Assembly: GCA_964016885.1 (NCBI GenBank)
Contig: OZ024743.1
Span: 236,344,001-236,408,000, forward strand
DNA from: Eledone cirrhosa
Taxonomy: Eukaryota
Length of the DNA stretch: 64,000 nucleotides
Direction of reading: 5' to 3'
The notes beneath the pieces are model-generated. The model was given only the letters and a program-made list of their open reading frames with translations, did no database searches and had not been told where the DNA came from. Shown here one piece after another: positions 13,385-27,924 of the stretch (positions within the stretch are counted from its first letter, which is position 1; every line of letters starts with the position of its first letter). Made by a program: the position numbers and the translations under genes.

Positions 13385-16300
13385 TATCTTTCTTTATTTG
13401 CCACAGGGGCGTACAAAAATGGGACATTACAAGACGTGACGGCCGGGGTTTTACATAAAAATAACTTTAACATTAATAAATAACAATAAACTATATATAA
13501 TAAAATAACAATTGAAATCCCCAATAGGGGGGAACGTTACTGCAGGGTAGTTTTACACCCCGTGGATAGAACAACCCTCAACACCAGCAACACGTTTTGT
13601 AGGTGTTCCTGTCTTCCCTCTAATTATCTTCCTCAACCTACAGGTTTACATACAGAGAAGGCCCATTCACTCGGGCCACTTTTGCCACATTCACCTACCT
13701 TACAGCGAATTTACTGGGGTGTAGCACCTCTCTCTCCACTCTCGCCTTCCTTCTGAAGTGATACTTAAAGAAGGGGATAAGTTATTGTCCGGAGAGAAAG
13801 GTGTTTGCCCTCAGTCCTTTTAACCTCGTCCACCATATTACCTCTTTCTCCATAGCCACCAGACAGAGGAAAACCGCCTCTCCTTCGTCCTTAAATGAAG
13901 GCGGCGGGGTGATCCTCACGATGGAGTCGGCTGACAACTGGATGCGTCCCACACGTGACAACAAGCAGCTGTTCGACATAATTCCACAGGTCGATCACCC
14001 CTGGACACTGAACAATTGCGTGCAGAACGGTTTCGATGTCCTGCTCGCATCTTGGACAGGTCCTTTTGGCAGGATCTCTGCCAGGGCGTCCGTGCCTGTA
14101 GATTTTATCTCGAACTGGTAGAGCTCCTCAGTATCACTGCCAGGCCAGAGACCTCTGGAAGTTATCCATAGGCCCTGGACGGAAAGTCCTCCCGAACAGA
14201 CTGGTCAGTTCGTCCTCCTCGATGCCTAGAGTTTCCAAGAGAACGTCGTCGCACTTATCCTCCACTAATCCCCTATAGAATGTCGAAGTAGAGTCTCCGT
14301 TGATTGCCGTTTCCGCTTGGTAGAGGGCTGTGAGCGCCTGTAGGCACTCGAGGTGCCAGACACCCATTTTCGCTCTTCGCTTGACCCAGGACTGCAGCTC
14401 TGTTAGTGAGACGAGTTGTGGAAGAGCTTCTCTCACAAACAACAGCCACACCGGTTGACCGGTCAGGAATACCTGGAAATGGCGTAGCCTCAGCGCATGT
14501 TTGCACATCATCAGCCACGGCATGCCCAGCCCTCCGTTAGAATAGTGTTGACAGCAGATGGATCTCCTCACCAATGGAGCCTGTTTCTTCCAGAGGAACT
14601 TGAAGAGTAGGCGTTCCATTTTGGTAAGGTATTCGCGGGGGCAAGACACGACTGTCAAGCGGTAGTAGATTACGGATGCTATGTAAGTGTTCGCCAACTC
14701 CGCTCGACCTTTCAAGGAGAGTTTGCACTCAGCCCAATTCTGGGTGAGTGCAAACACCTTCGCCGTGACCTCGTTCCAGTTCTTGTCCACCTGGAGGTCT
14801 GCACCGAACCAGACACCGAGCAATTTCACCGGTCCTTCCATCTAGCGTCCAGCGATACTGTCGGAAGGCATGGGTTTACCTCTTTATGTGCCGAGTTGCA
14901 AACCGACAGACTTGTTTGGGTGTAGTCTTGCTCCTGTCAACGTTTCGTATTCCTGTAATAGGTTGCCGATTACCCCGATTTGCGAGGTTTCGACACCATT
15001 ACGCTTATGTCGTCGGCATAGGCTGGCGCTGCTTTCCGCAGTCCTGGTTAGATCGGGATGCCCTGCAACAGCTCCAATTTCCGCAGTAACGCTCGAGAGT
15101 CACTACATACAGAATGGAGGAGAGAGGGCATCCCTGACGGATGGAACGCATGATTTGGAATGGCTCTGATAGGTAGCCATTCACCTTGACTGCCGAGCAG
15201 ATGCTGGTGTGCATGGCAGAGATCCAGCCTCACAAGACGGGACCGAAGCCGGCCGCCTTGAGAACTGCTTCCAAGTATTGATGATCGACCTTATCAAATG
15301 CCTTAGACAGATCTAAATTGATCAGAGCCCCACCAAAGCCAGGTTTACACCCTACCCTCTCTATGATGTATCGCATGAGGTGGAGGTTTTCGTGTAAGGA
15401 CCTGGTCGGGATTACACACGTTTGGGCTTCCCCTACCAGGTTCTCGACGACAAACGCCAGCCTTGCTGCTAACACCTTGGCCAAAATCTTTAACTTTGTG
15501 TTGAGCAGAGTTAAGGGCCTCTGCCTACAGAACTGGGAATCCTCCCGTTCTGCTGCCAGTTGCAGTAGACTGCTTTGAGGACGTCAGAGAACAAGTCTGG
15601 CGTGCTTATGTAAAACTCATAGGGCAGACCATCTAAACCGGGTGGTTTGCATTTCCCGCAGCGGCCTAGGGCATCTTCTATTTCTCCCACTGTGATCGGC
15701 CTTTCGCAGCTCTCCGCATCCGTGCTCGAGAGTCGAGGTAGGCGCTGAAGTCCATCACCTTGCTCGATGTACCGCTTTGCCCAAACAGTTGTGCAAAATG
15801 CTGTTGGAAGGCCGCGCACATCTGCTTGGATTCAAGTATAATGCGTCCATCTTTGTCTTGCAAAGACCGAATTGTGGATTTGTTGCCACTTTTCGCCTCT
15901 GCCACTCGGGCCCAGCTAACAGCTTTGGCTCCCTCGTTTCTTAGAGCACGTGTTCTATTTCTGACAATACAACCTTCGTGTTTCACGTTGAAGAACTGGT
16001 CTAGTGCCGTTCTCGCCGCTAGCACGTCAGCTGTACTGCCATTCCTAAGTGCCTCTTCTATTTTAGCTACCAGTTCCTTTTCAGTTTTGTTTTTTCCTAA
16101 AGCTACTTCCTTGCTAAATGCTATTGATTCTATTCTAATTGCTCTTTTGAGAGAGCTCCACCCCCGTCAACTGGCACTTAACTAAGGTGCTAATCCGTTT
16201 AGTGTAGGCCTTACGCGCCGGGAGCGACATGTTTAGCTTCCAGTATACGGGTCCCTGTCTATGTGTTCTATCAAGGTTGACTACGCATGTGACTAATTTG

Positions 16301-16868
16301 TGGTCTGAATAGGCAACCATGTGCATTTGTGGACAGCTTAATATTTCCTTATCATTATGTCTAATTAAAAATCTATCTAAATACGATCTAGAAGACCCAG
16401 TGCGGTTGCTCCACGTCCACAGTGGTGCACTTGGGAAGTCTAGTCGATATCTATCAACCAGTTGGAATTGGCTGATGAGATTTTTGAGGCTATTACACCC
16501 CCTCTATTATCACAAGCTCCTACATAGTCCCAACGTGCGTCTAAGATGCCATTCCAGTCGCCCGCTAACACTAAGGAGCGAGACGTTCCTTGGAATGGCT
16601 CCAGACGCTTGAAGAACTCTGGTCGCGATGTCCCAGTCGGGGCATATACGGCCACCAGTCTGAAAGCTGCACCTTCACTACCATTCACGTCCAGGACCAC
16701 CAGGCTGCCCTCTGGGTCCAAGTGAAACGTCTGTATTTTGAGATCCAAGTTTTTTCGAAACAGAACAGCAACTCCCCCTCCACCTCCTGGCTGACAGAGA
16801 GATGCGTAGATCTCAAAATCATCGAACATGGGGGTTAGCTGGCTTGTCGTGAATTCTGGACTCGATGA
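13385..16868 (-). mobile_element. Tx1-clade LINE, 5'-truncated within the APE domain (copy C)
   Basis: ORF2 fragments 16440-16934, 15678-16025, 15230-15484 and 14134-14841. Same 3' motif as copies A and B. GATA repeats on both flanks. Confidence 0.92.
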
Positions 16869-16973
16869 TAGGTGGATAGATAGATATGTTTCTGGATAGA
16901 TAGATAGAGAGATAGATAGACAGCACTCCCGCATACAGAGAGATAAAGAGATAGGGAGAGCTTTATAGATTGA

Positions 16974-17015
<42 letters not shown>

Positions 17016-17045
17016 AAAGAATAGAGGTGTAACACACGAGTTATG

Positions 17046-17527
<482 letters not shown>

Positions 17528-18074
17528 GAGTCAAATAGGAGATAGATAGATATCAATATATATGCATAGATAAGTCTAGTATATAGAAATGCATTGATTC
17601 TAGAACGATTTTGAAACAAGCATATAACTGTAAGAATTCCTTACACTTTATTGGAAATAAAAATATATATAACTACCAATTTTCCGATATCACTTGTGAC
17701 CTATTTTTTAATCTTTTCCAATTTCTGGTTAACAGGAAATAGAACTAAAGGAAAAGGCAGCTTTTAGCAGAATTCCACATCAAAAAGATAGTTTGGAATA
17801 AAGAATTCTATGTTGGAGAATTGATACATAGTTCTTCAAAGTTCTTCAAAGTCCTGTATAAATTTGATGTCATCAGCATATATCCTGCTGGCTTTGTGGC
17901 GACACTTCATTGATCCTAGGATTTCCAGTGGAAAATTATGGAAACATAATTTACGATAGAGTTATCCGCTAAGGTAGAGACGTGTGGTGGCTTAGTGGTT
18001 GGGGGGTTTGGCTTACATAACTTGGACGAAACATTACTTTATTGGACGAAACACATTACTTTATATTGCTGCGG

Positions 18075-18480
18075 TTCACAGATGGCATCACTATTTTCCC
18101 GTTCCGCGAGGTAGGCCCCTCCTCTGGGATGCCACATGCCGTGACACCTACTCAAGTGGTAACCTGGTGCGTTCGGCCACCAACCCAGACTCTGCTGCCG
18201 GTAACTGTCCAACTATCGGCAGCTCATTGATAGGTTTGTGGTCGAGCCTGTAGCAGTGGAGACTTCCTGTGTACTTGGCCCTCGGACCACATCCTTACTG
18301 CTATCAGAGCGGATTTGGTTCCCTGAAGATGCGAGCCCCACGAGGTGGAGTGGCTGTTCCAGCTCGTCTCCCTCGCCGTCCTACGAAGCAATGTCTTCTC
18401 CATCCTGTCGGCCGTGACCCAGAGGTAGAGGGTAAGTTAGTTGGGGGTGGAGGATACTAGTTCGGACGTCGCTTTCTCTC
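18075..18480 (+). mobile_element. 3' fragment of an RLE-type (CRE-like) non-LTR retrotransposon
   Basis: DGITIFPF..GRPLLWDATCRDTY matches the PDGxTxxPxxxGxxLxWDxTxxDT endonuclease pattern. Related copy at 33700-34085. Confidence 0.65.
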
Positions 18481-18811
18481 TATTTCTTTAAAACTACCTC
18501 ACTAGATTCCCTCTATACATATCTAACTACTGGGAAAAAATGAATTATACTTGTAATATAAAGAGCCAGCCTTGTCATACTGCGTTGTACTGAATCTCCC
18601 TGAGAACTACGTTAAAGGTACACTAATGAAATGCTTAGTCATCTCTTAATACAAGATGAGCTGAACCTATAATTCAAGAGCCAGTCATATCAGACACTGT
18701 CATACGGGTTAGTCTCTTTAGGAACTTCGTCAAGAATACACGCCTGTAAATATTGTTGTTGTTATCATTATCATCATCATCGTCATCATCATCATCATCA
18801 TCAATAATAAT

Positions 18812-19210
18812 TGTTTCTACTTTTGGCACAAGGCCAACAATTACGCCAGTGTATTACTGGTACTTTATTTTATCGACCCTGTAAGGATGAAAGGTAAAGT
18901 TAACCTCGGCGGGATTTGAACTCAGAACGTAAGAGGCCATAACTCTATGCTGAAAAGCATGGTCTCTGACACTCTATCGATATTGCCAATCCACCGCCTA
19001 ATGATTTCTAATATAAGCACACAGCCAGTAATTTAGTGGGGGGGGGGGGAGTCGATTAAATCGACCCCAGTACGTTACTGGTACTTTATTTTAGCAACCC
19101 CGTAGGCCAAGTTAACATCGGCGGGATTTGAACTCAAAGCGTAAAGGGCTTTAAGCCTCTGCTAAAAAGCATGGTGTCTGACGCTCTACCGATATTGTCA
19201 ATCCACCGGC
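18812..19210 (-). mobile_element. Two tandem tRNA-derived SINE copies (family 1)
   Basis: B box GAGTTCAAATCCC followed by GCCTTTCATCC..GGTCGATAAAATAAAGTACCAG, on the - strand. Confidence 0.8.
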
Positions 19211-19933
19211 CTTATAATCAAAACTATCATAAAGTAAGGAGTGCGGGACTGCGTCCAGAATATATTTTTTTATCCCGTTTGTAAAATAAGTTGAATTACT
19301 TTGAATAAATAATGAATGAATATTACATAATTTATCTACTAGATTTCGTGGCTGTTGATTAAATATAAATAATTTTGTTGCTTATTTTAAGATTGACTTC
19401 TTTAAAATTTTCAAATGTCAACACTTCCGGTTAGCGATTGCTTATATAAACATTCATATATTTCCGTCACTAATTTTCTCCTAATGCAGTTTATATATAA
19501 TATCGTCTTTTTTTAATGTATCATGGATTACGTTACTGATTACATAAAACAATGTAACGCAGTCTTCGTTCAATTTCTGTGGATATTGTCAATTACGATT
19601 TTATTTGATGTATCATATCTACATGTATATATACTTGCGTATAATATCAATATACACACTACACATACTAGCAGAAAACCACCCGATGGATGGTTTTCTG
19701 CTAGTAATAATAATAATTATTATTATTCCTACTGTTGGCACAAGGCCAGCAATTGCCCAGTGCATTACTGGTACTTTATTTTTTCGACCCCGTAAGGATG
19801 AAAGGCAAAGTTAACCTCGGCGGGATAATAATAATAATAATAGTTTAATAATTTTAGAATCATTAGAGCGTAAAGGGCCATAATATCTTGTGCTATTTAG
19901 TTTTATTACTCCACCTCTTCAAACCACTATCAA

Positions 19934-20115
19934 AGGTTTGGCAGTATCGATAGAGCGTCAAACGCCATGCTTTGCAGCATAGAGTTACGGCACTTTACGG
20001 TCTGAGTTCAAATCCCGCCGAGGTTAACTTTGCTTTTCATCCTTACAGGGTCGATAAAATAAAGTACCAGTAATGTACTGGGTATTTGCTGGCCTTGTGC
20101 CAAAAGTAGACATAA
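19934..20115 (+). mobile_element. tRNA-derived SINE (family 1)
   Basis: A box TGGCAGTATCGATAGAG, B box GAGTTCAAATCCC, central domain resembling the Meta domain of MetaSINEs. Further copies at ~19728-19825(-), 25925-26060(-), 27575-27720(+), 38095-38190(-) and 60190-60320(-). Confidence 0.8.
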
Positions 20116-20182
20116 TTACTCTACCTCTTCAGTTGCATTCCCGCCACATTTGGCTTTCTGTGAGGTTGATAATAAAATAACA

Positions 20183-20183
<1 letters not shown>

Positions 20184-20213
<30 letters not shown>

Positions 20214-20313
20214 CTTCTTCTTCTTCTTCTTCTTCTTCTTCTTCTTCTTCTTCTTCTTCTTCTTCTTCTTCTTCTTCTTCTTCTTCTTCTTCTTCTTCTT
20301 CTTCTTCTTCTTC
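20184..20313. repeat. (TTC)n microsatellite
   Basis: Direct reading. Confidence 0.97.
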
Positions 20314-20499
20314 TCCTCCTCCACCCCCAACTGCTCCCGCTGGATGCCGAAGCGAGACCAGACAAGTTCAGGGCTCAACACCTGGGTCTCCTGTCGGTTG
20401 GTTTTGCCCGTAAAATCTAACCAGCGATTCTTTCCTGAGACATTCTAACCATATGTCCACAGTATCATAGCCGTGATCTCTCAATTCGGAGAAGTAGTG

Positions 20500-20825
20500 G
20501 TTCTACCTGGAGTGACTCTCTCATCTCTAAGCTACAAGGGACCCCATTCTAACCACATGTCTATAGTAGCAGCTCTCCCTGGAGTGACTCTCTCATCACT
20601 GAGCTACCAGCGACCCCATTCTAACCACATGTCTATAGTAGCAGCTCTCCCTGGAGTGACTCTCTCATCACTGAGCTACCAGCGACCCCATTCTAACCAC
20701 ATGTCTATAGTAGCAGCTCTCCCTGGAGTGACTCTCTCATCTCTGAGCTATCAGGGACCCCATTCTAACCACATACCTATAGTAGCAGCTCTCCCAGGAG
20801 TGACTCTCTCATCTCTGAACTACAC
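20500..20825. repeat. 66-bp minisatellite, about 5 copies
   Basis: Repeating CCTGGAGTGACTCTCTCATC...CCCCATTCTAACCACATGTCTATAGTAGCAGCTCT, which explains the repetitive ORF 20473-20868. Confidence 0.93.
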
Positions 20826-20906
20826 ATTATATCGAGTAACCTTACACCATTCCAGTATTTCTAATTGACACATTGATTTTTGAGAATGATATTTTTTTAG
20901 CATAAA

Positions 20907-22105
20907 CTAGCAGATTTACCCGGCGTTGCTCGGGGTTTGAAATTATGCTAAGAATATACAGCTAGGAAGTAAAAGAAGAACATTATTTGTCCCCAACCTA
21001 TCAAAATAAGCAGAAGTCTTCAATAATTAATGCAAACGAATATTTAGTGCAATCTTTGTACACATAAAACTATGCTGATAATGAAGGAAAACACCGAACA
21101 GGATGTAGTTATACAAATGATTAACGACAATACACGTTGCAAATCTGTAAAAAAAACAGGCAGTTTTACTAAAGTACAAAAAGTTGTAATGAAAGCAGAG
21201 TTGTATACAAACAAAAAAAAAAAACAATGAGAGTAGAATAAGAGAAAATCTATTCTTTGAGAGCATCCTTTGCTGTGTATGGTTAAATTTTTAACTTATA
21301 ATCCAAAATATCCTGCATGACATATTCATTGGTATGTTTTGTAATGAGTAAGGTGAAGTCAAGGTAGAGCTGTAATAAGTTTTTTTGTTAACACTAAAGC
21401 ACTTCAGGATAGACGATATTCTTTGTTTTTCTTTTCGGAACAAACGCAAAGAGATTATCTCAACTGCCAACTCGTGAGCAGGCAACGTAGAATTGTCCGT
21501 GCGAAAAGAAAGGTTCATCCAAGTGAATTCTAGCGACGGACAGAGTTTGACCTTGCGACTTGTTTATGGACATCGCAAAGGCAACACGAAGGGGAAATTG
21601 GGTTCGGCGAAAGGAGAAGGGAGTATCCACGCCTGATGTAGTCAGGCTAATTTTTGTTATTATCACATCCTCGCCTTTTCCACATCCGGATAGAATGGTA
21701 GCGTCAATACTAAGTGGAGACAGTTTTTTAACCACAAGGCGTGTACCATTGCATAGTTTTGAAGGAGTGATATTTCTCAGCAAAATAACTGGTGTTCCCT
21801 CTTCCAGAACCAATGTATTAAGAGGTAAACCAATTTCTGAAAAGTTGGTTATCTCTCTTTTTATAAGGATTGTCAATAAAGTGTTATCTCCCTTACATCA
21901 ATTTTTCTACCGATAATTTTGATATCGATTTTTTATTGCTCAACGTGGGTCGATTTGAAAAAATGTTTGTGATGTAACAATGTTAGCGACCTGTGCAACG
22001 TGCACAGAAAATTTGGTCAAATTCGGTTGGTAATTGTGAAAGCCTTATGCATGCAAAGTTGTACACTGACACACACACACATCCTCGCTTTTATATATAT
22101 AAAGA
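20907..22105 (-). mobile_element. Internally deleted Helitron
   Basis: On the - strand it starts A|TC(TTTATATATATAAAA) and ends with hairpin CCCGAGCAACGCCGGG then CTAG|T. It contains a PIF1 helicase fragment. Confidence 0.8.
21460..21876 (-). pseudogene. Helitron PIF1-type helicase C-terminal fragment
   Basis: LCNGTRL, RTQFPLRVAFAMSINKSQGQTL, FSHGQFYVACSRV motifs. Confidence 0.9.
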
Positions 22106-22409
22106 TAACAAATCAAAATATAATTGTCTTAATTTTCACAGATTTCCACTCGAATGATTTGTAGGCCAAACTCACTTACCTACTCCGTGGAACTTCTCAA
22201 CTCTAAAACCATATTTAGAATTGCCATTACGGTTTTTCAGCGGTTGAAGAGGAATTTCAAGTAGAAATCAGGTTTAAAACGGCAGCAAAAATACTGAATA
22301 TACGTCATTAAAATTATCGAAAAACATTTTGTTTTTTTACTAAAACTGATAATTAAATTATAAAAGTGAATTTAAATTCGTGCTTCGTTTAATTTGTTGT
22401 TTATTGTCT

Positions 22410-22591
22410 GATGTTGTTGTTGTTATTATTATCGGTGGTGTTGTTGTTGTTGTTGTTCTTGGTGGTGGTGGTGGTGGTGGTGGTGGTGGTGTTGCTGGTT
22501 GTGGTGGTGGTGGTTTGTGTTGGTGGTGGTGGTGGTGGTGTTGTTGTTGTTGAGGTTGGTGGTGGTAGTTGGTGTTGGTGGTGGTGGTTGG

Positions 22592-22622
<31 letters not shown>

Positions 22623-22772
22623 GGTGGTGGTGGTGGTGGTGGTGGTGGTGGTGGTGTTGGTGGTCATTGTGGTTAGTGGTGTTTTTATTGTTGTTATTGC
22701 TGTTACTGTCGTTTTTCTTGTTTTTGCTGTTGTTGATGTTGTTGTGGATCTTAATGTTGTTGTTGTTGTTAT
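22410..22772. repeat. (GGT/GTT)n compound microsatellite
   Basis: Direct reading. Confidence 0.95.
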
Positions 22773-22916
22773 TTTTGGTGTTTCAAAATAGCTGAGAATA
22801 ATTATCGAATAAAATTTGAAAAAATACACAATTAAATGTGTAAACAAACTCGTCTTTTTACAATTCACGTTGACAGGAAACATTTCACATCTCTGTTTTT
22901 AGCATCTAAAATAAAT

Positions 22917-23791
<875 letters not shown>

Positions 23792-24049
23792 TTGTTGTGA
23801 AAGAGTCATTTCTCAATCTTGGCGCAAAACCAATTTTTTATTCACATGACCTCTACCGACCAATCAAAATTGTTTTGACCACAAGAATTTTTGCTGGAGC
23901 CACTTTTTTTAACATAAAAACAGTCTTGGCGCAAAATCAATTTTTTACATTCACATGACCTCTACGGACCAATCAAAATTGTTTTGACCACAAGAATTTT
24001 TGCAAATTGGAGCCACTTTTTTAACATAAAAACAGGTAGAATTCCCAAA

Positions 24050-24251
24050 ACTAATCAGATCAGAGCAAACAGCACGGACACTCTATCTCAAAATTATTTT
24101 TGAAAAGCATTTAGAAATGCGCAACCGGTAAAAACTTAAAAACTTAAAACCACAACTGAATATTAACCCATACAATCACTAATACTCTTTTATTCCTAGT
24201 TAAACCATTTTTCAACTGTGAACAATTTGTCAGCATTTTCTATTCCGTTTA

Positions 24252-24256
<5 letters not shown>
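24050..24256 (+). mobile_element. Single arm of the 17.0-17.4 kb palindrome family, with the same hammerhead-like motif (~24097-24134)
   Basis: Aligns by eye to 17232-17425 and ends in (TA)n. Confidence 0.75.
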
Positions 24257-24340
<84 letters not shown>

Positions 24341-24395
24341 ATATATATATACATATACACACAGACACACACACTTATATACATATATATATATA

Positions 24396-25324
24396 CTAGC
24401 AGTGGAACCCGGCGTTGCACAGGATAAGGTATTTTGGAACGCGGGCCTACAACAGACCTAATCGTGGAAAAACTGCATGCCTGCACAATATGTAAAGAAA
24501 ATAAACCGAATACTCTGATGGCTGGATAATCTTTAAGATTTTCCTCGATGAAGCAGGAAAATGCAGGTTTTCACCTAATGCGGGCCCTAGGGATCAAGAA
24601 AATGAATTTTTTTAATGTGCATAATATGCCTTGAAAATTCGGGAAAATCGCCTCCAAAAAGCCCTAAGAAGCTGAAAAAATGAAGTTTTTCACACAATGC
24701 GGGCCCTAGGCCATAAGAATGTTGGATTTTCTTTGCTTTCGGTATGAAAAAGAGACTGACTAATACATAGTTACAATTTCAAGGAAATCGATCTGACGTA
24801 ACACCTCAAAAAACCCCTAAAAATGTTAAAAACCGCAGTTTTTCACCTAAGAGATAAAAAAAAAGTTTTTCACCTAGGAGATAAAAAAAAAGTTGAATTT
24901 TTTATGTGCATAACACTCCCTGAAACATAAGTAATACATATGTAAAGTTTGAAAAAAATCGGTTGGGTACTTCTCAAGTTTTAGGGATTCAAACTCACAG
25001 ATACACACACACAGACAGACATCCTCAGGGAAGTGACGTAATACAAACAGCCAGACATACAGACAGATATTATAAGAGCGCGACGTTATATATATGTATC
25101 TATCGAAAAAGAAAAAGACTAATAATTATAGTGAGAGATCGCTAAATCCCCCAATGCGGTCCCTAGGGCCTTGAAAATTTGAAATAGTTTTTGCTCAGAA
25201 CATTCCCCGAAACATAAGTATTACATGTGTAAAGTTTGAAAACAGTCGGTTTGGTGGTTCTCGAGTTTTAGGGATTCGAACTCACACACACACAGACAGA
25301 CATCCTCAGTTTTATATATATAGA
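24396..25324 (-). mobile_element. Non-autonomous Helitron
   Basis: On the - strand it starts TCTATATATATAAAAC..GTCTGTCTG and ends GCAACGCCGGG..CTAG|T. Confidence 0.7.
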
Positions 25325-25361
25325 CTAGCAGAAATCCACCTGGTGGGTGGTTTTCTGCTAG

Positions 25362-26430
25362 TCTATATATCTAAAACAGAGAATGTCTGTCTGTCTGTCA
25401 GCTCACTAAAACTTGAGAACCATCCAACCGATTGTTTTCAAAATTTAGACATGCAATACTTATGGTCCTGTGAGTGTTTTGAGCAAAAATTATTTCAAAT
25501 GTTCAATGCCCTAGGGACCGCATTAGGCGATTTAGCGTTCTCTCTATATAATTCTTAGTCTTTCTTTTTAGATAGATACATAGATATAACGTTGCGCCTT
25601 TATAATATCTGTCTGTATGTCTGTTTGTCTGCATTACGTCATTATGACGCGCTCAGTGTGTGTGTGTATATATATATGTATCGTAATGCAGACAGCAAGA
25701 CATAGCTTTCCTTCCCCTCTTCCAGCGTCTCTCTCTCTCCCTCCCGCTATCCCCCTCTTGTAGTCTGTCTCTTTCTTTCACTCTCACTCTCTCTCTACGC
25801 GTCGGACAGACAGACAGAGAAATTGCTGGTTATATATTATAAGGAGACTAGCAGAAAAACCACCCTTCGCGTGGTTTTCTGCTAGCATGTGTAGTGTGTA
25901 TATTGATATTATATGCATGTAGATACTTTATTTTATCGACTCCGTGAGGATGAAAGGCAAAGTTAACCTCGGCGGTATTTGAACTCAGACCGTAAAGGGA
26001 CGTAACTCCATGCTATGAAGCATGTCCGACTCTCTACAGATTCTGCCAATCCACCGCCCTAATGTCTGTACGTAATGAGGGAGTGAGAGGGGAGAGAAAG
26101 AAATGCAGAGGTGAAGTGACGAAGTGACTCTCTCCTCCTCCATCTCCCCATTCGTCACAGCGATAGAGGGGAGGAATGTTAGTGTGTTACAAAGAGAAAG
26201 AGTGAGAGTGAGAGAAACAGACAGACTAAAAGAGAGGGAGAGAGAGAGAGATAACAACAGATACAGTACAGTAGCTAAGGGATGTATATATATTTCTGTG
26301 TGTATATATATATACATTTCTGTGTGTGTAATATATATATATATATACACACAGAAATATATATACATTTCTGTGTGTGTAATATATATATATATATATA
26401 TACACACACACGGAAATATATATATATTTC

Positions 26431-26463
<33 letters not shown>

Positions 26464-26498
26464 TACACACACAGAAATGTATATATATTTCTGTGTGC

Positions 26499-26538
<40 letters not shown>

Positions 26539-27000
26539 CACACACAGAAATGTATATATATTTCTGTGTGTATATATATATACATTACACACACAGAAAT
26601 GTATATATATTTCTGTATGTATATATATATATTTCTGTGTGTGTATATATATATATATTACACACACACAGAAATGTATATATGTTTCTGTGGCACTCCT
26701 CAATTCCCCCCTCTCTCCCTCCCGCTATCCCCCTCTTGAAGTCTGTCTCTTTCTTTCACTCTCACTCTCTCTCTACGCATGCGCAAAAAACATTCGCACG
26801 CGCGCACGTGTTTTAGCGTCTATTCACTCTCTCTCTCTCCCTCTCTCCCTCCCGTTATCCCCCTATCGTAGTCTGTCTCTTTTTTTCACTCTCACTCTCT
26901 CTCTACGCGTGCGCAAAAACCATTGGCACGCGAGCACGTGTTTCCACTGCCGGACAGACAGACAGAGAAATTGCTGGTTATATATTATAAGGAGATAACA
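25362..27000. mobile_element. Cluster of non-autonomous Helitron pieces with a SINE and a TA/CA-rich minisatellite (26280-26690)
   Basis: TCTATATATCTAAAAC start at 25362, inverted homology to 25030-25320, repeated ACAGACAGAGAAATTGCTGGTTATATATTATAAGGAGA termini (25807, 26956) and a CTAG hairpin at 25848-25885. Confidence 0.55.
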
Positions 27001-27147
27001 AGAAGATATATACATATATGTTCCCTGACAAGTTGAAATCTTCACAGACACTCAATGCTGAGTTTTGCTCAATGAAACTGCAGTTGGGACGCTCTAAGTA
27101 AATAGGTAAATATTTCTGTATCTTATTTTCGTTTCACAAATATAATT

Positions 27148-27195
<48 letters not shown>

Positions 27196-27721
27196 TGTGA
27201 GTGTGTGTGTTATTATGTGAGTAACCTATGGTTACTAGGTACGACACTGGTCGAAGCACTCGGTGCTGTTTCGGGGTCCGTCTCTCGTTTGGTTGTCCTC
27301 AAGGTATGTACTTTGCAGAGTGTATATATGTAGAGTGACAATAAAAAGTCATATATTTGAGAAGTTTTTGTAGTTTTCTAGATGAAAATAGTTGTTTTGC
27401 TTCGTTTTTGAGAGGGTTATAGCGATGGAAGTTGGACATTAAATGTTAAATTAACGATAACAACATTTTCAGGATGCTGCCTTGGAGGTGTTTAATTCAG
27501 ATGCATTCTAGCTAACATTTCAACATTTTTATTGCTAGTTTTAACACTTAATCTTTTATTGGCATGACAGCAAATTGGCAGAGTCGTTAGAACGTCGGAC
27601 AGAGTGCAGTGCCCGTTTCAGCTCTCTGCTCTCTCAGATCAAATCCTGCCAAGGTCAACTTTGCCTTTTATTCTTTCGAGGTCGATAAAAAATATCACAC
27701 TCGTACTGGGGTCGATTTTTC

Positions 27722-27753
<32 letters not shown>

Positions 27754-27924
27754 CATCTCTCTCTCTCTATATATATATAACAAATTATTGAAGATATATA
27801 TGTATACGCACACACAGTTTGAATCAAACTTAATATATATGTTGTAGTAGTGTGAGAGATAGAACATATGTATACATGTATCTCTATCTCTATACTTGTT
27901 ACATACCCATTATTTAACTACAAT

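Noticed and set aside
19934-20020. tRNA gene
   Set aside because: A/B boxes are present, but there is no cloverleaf and the sequence is always followed by the SINE body
20121-20413. Poly-K/R/S ORFs and similar YI, ER, HT and V-rich ORFs throughout
   Set aside because: These are translations of microsatellites
27245-27308. Hammerhead-like words on - (TTGAGGA...GAAAC-agcac/gtgct)
   Set aside because: U3 with G8 is not compensated, and helices I and II do not form
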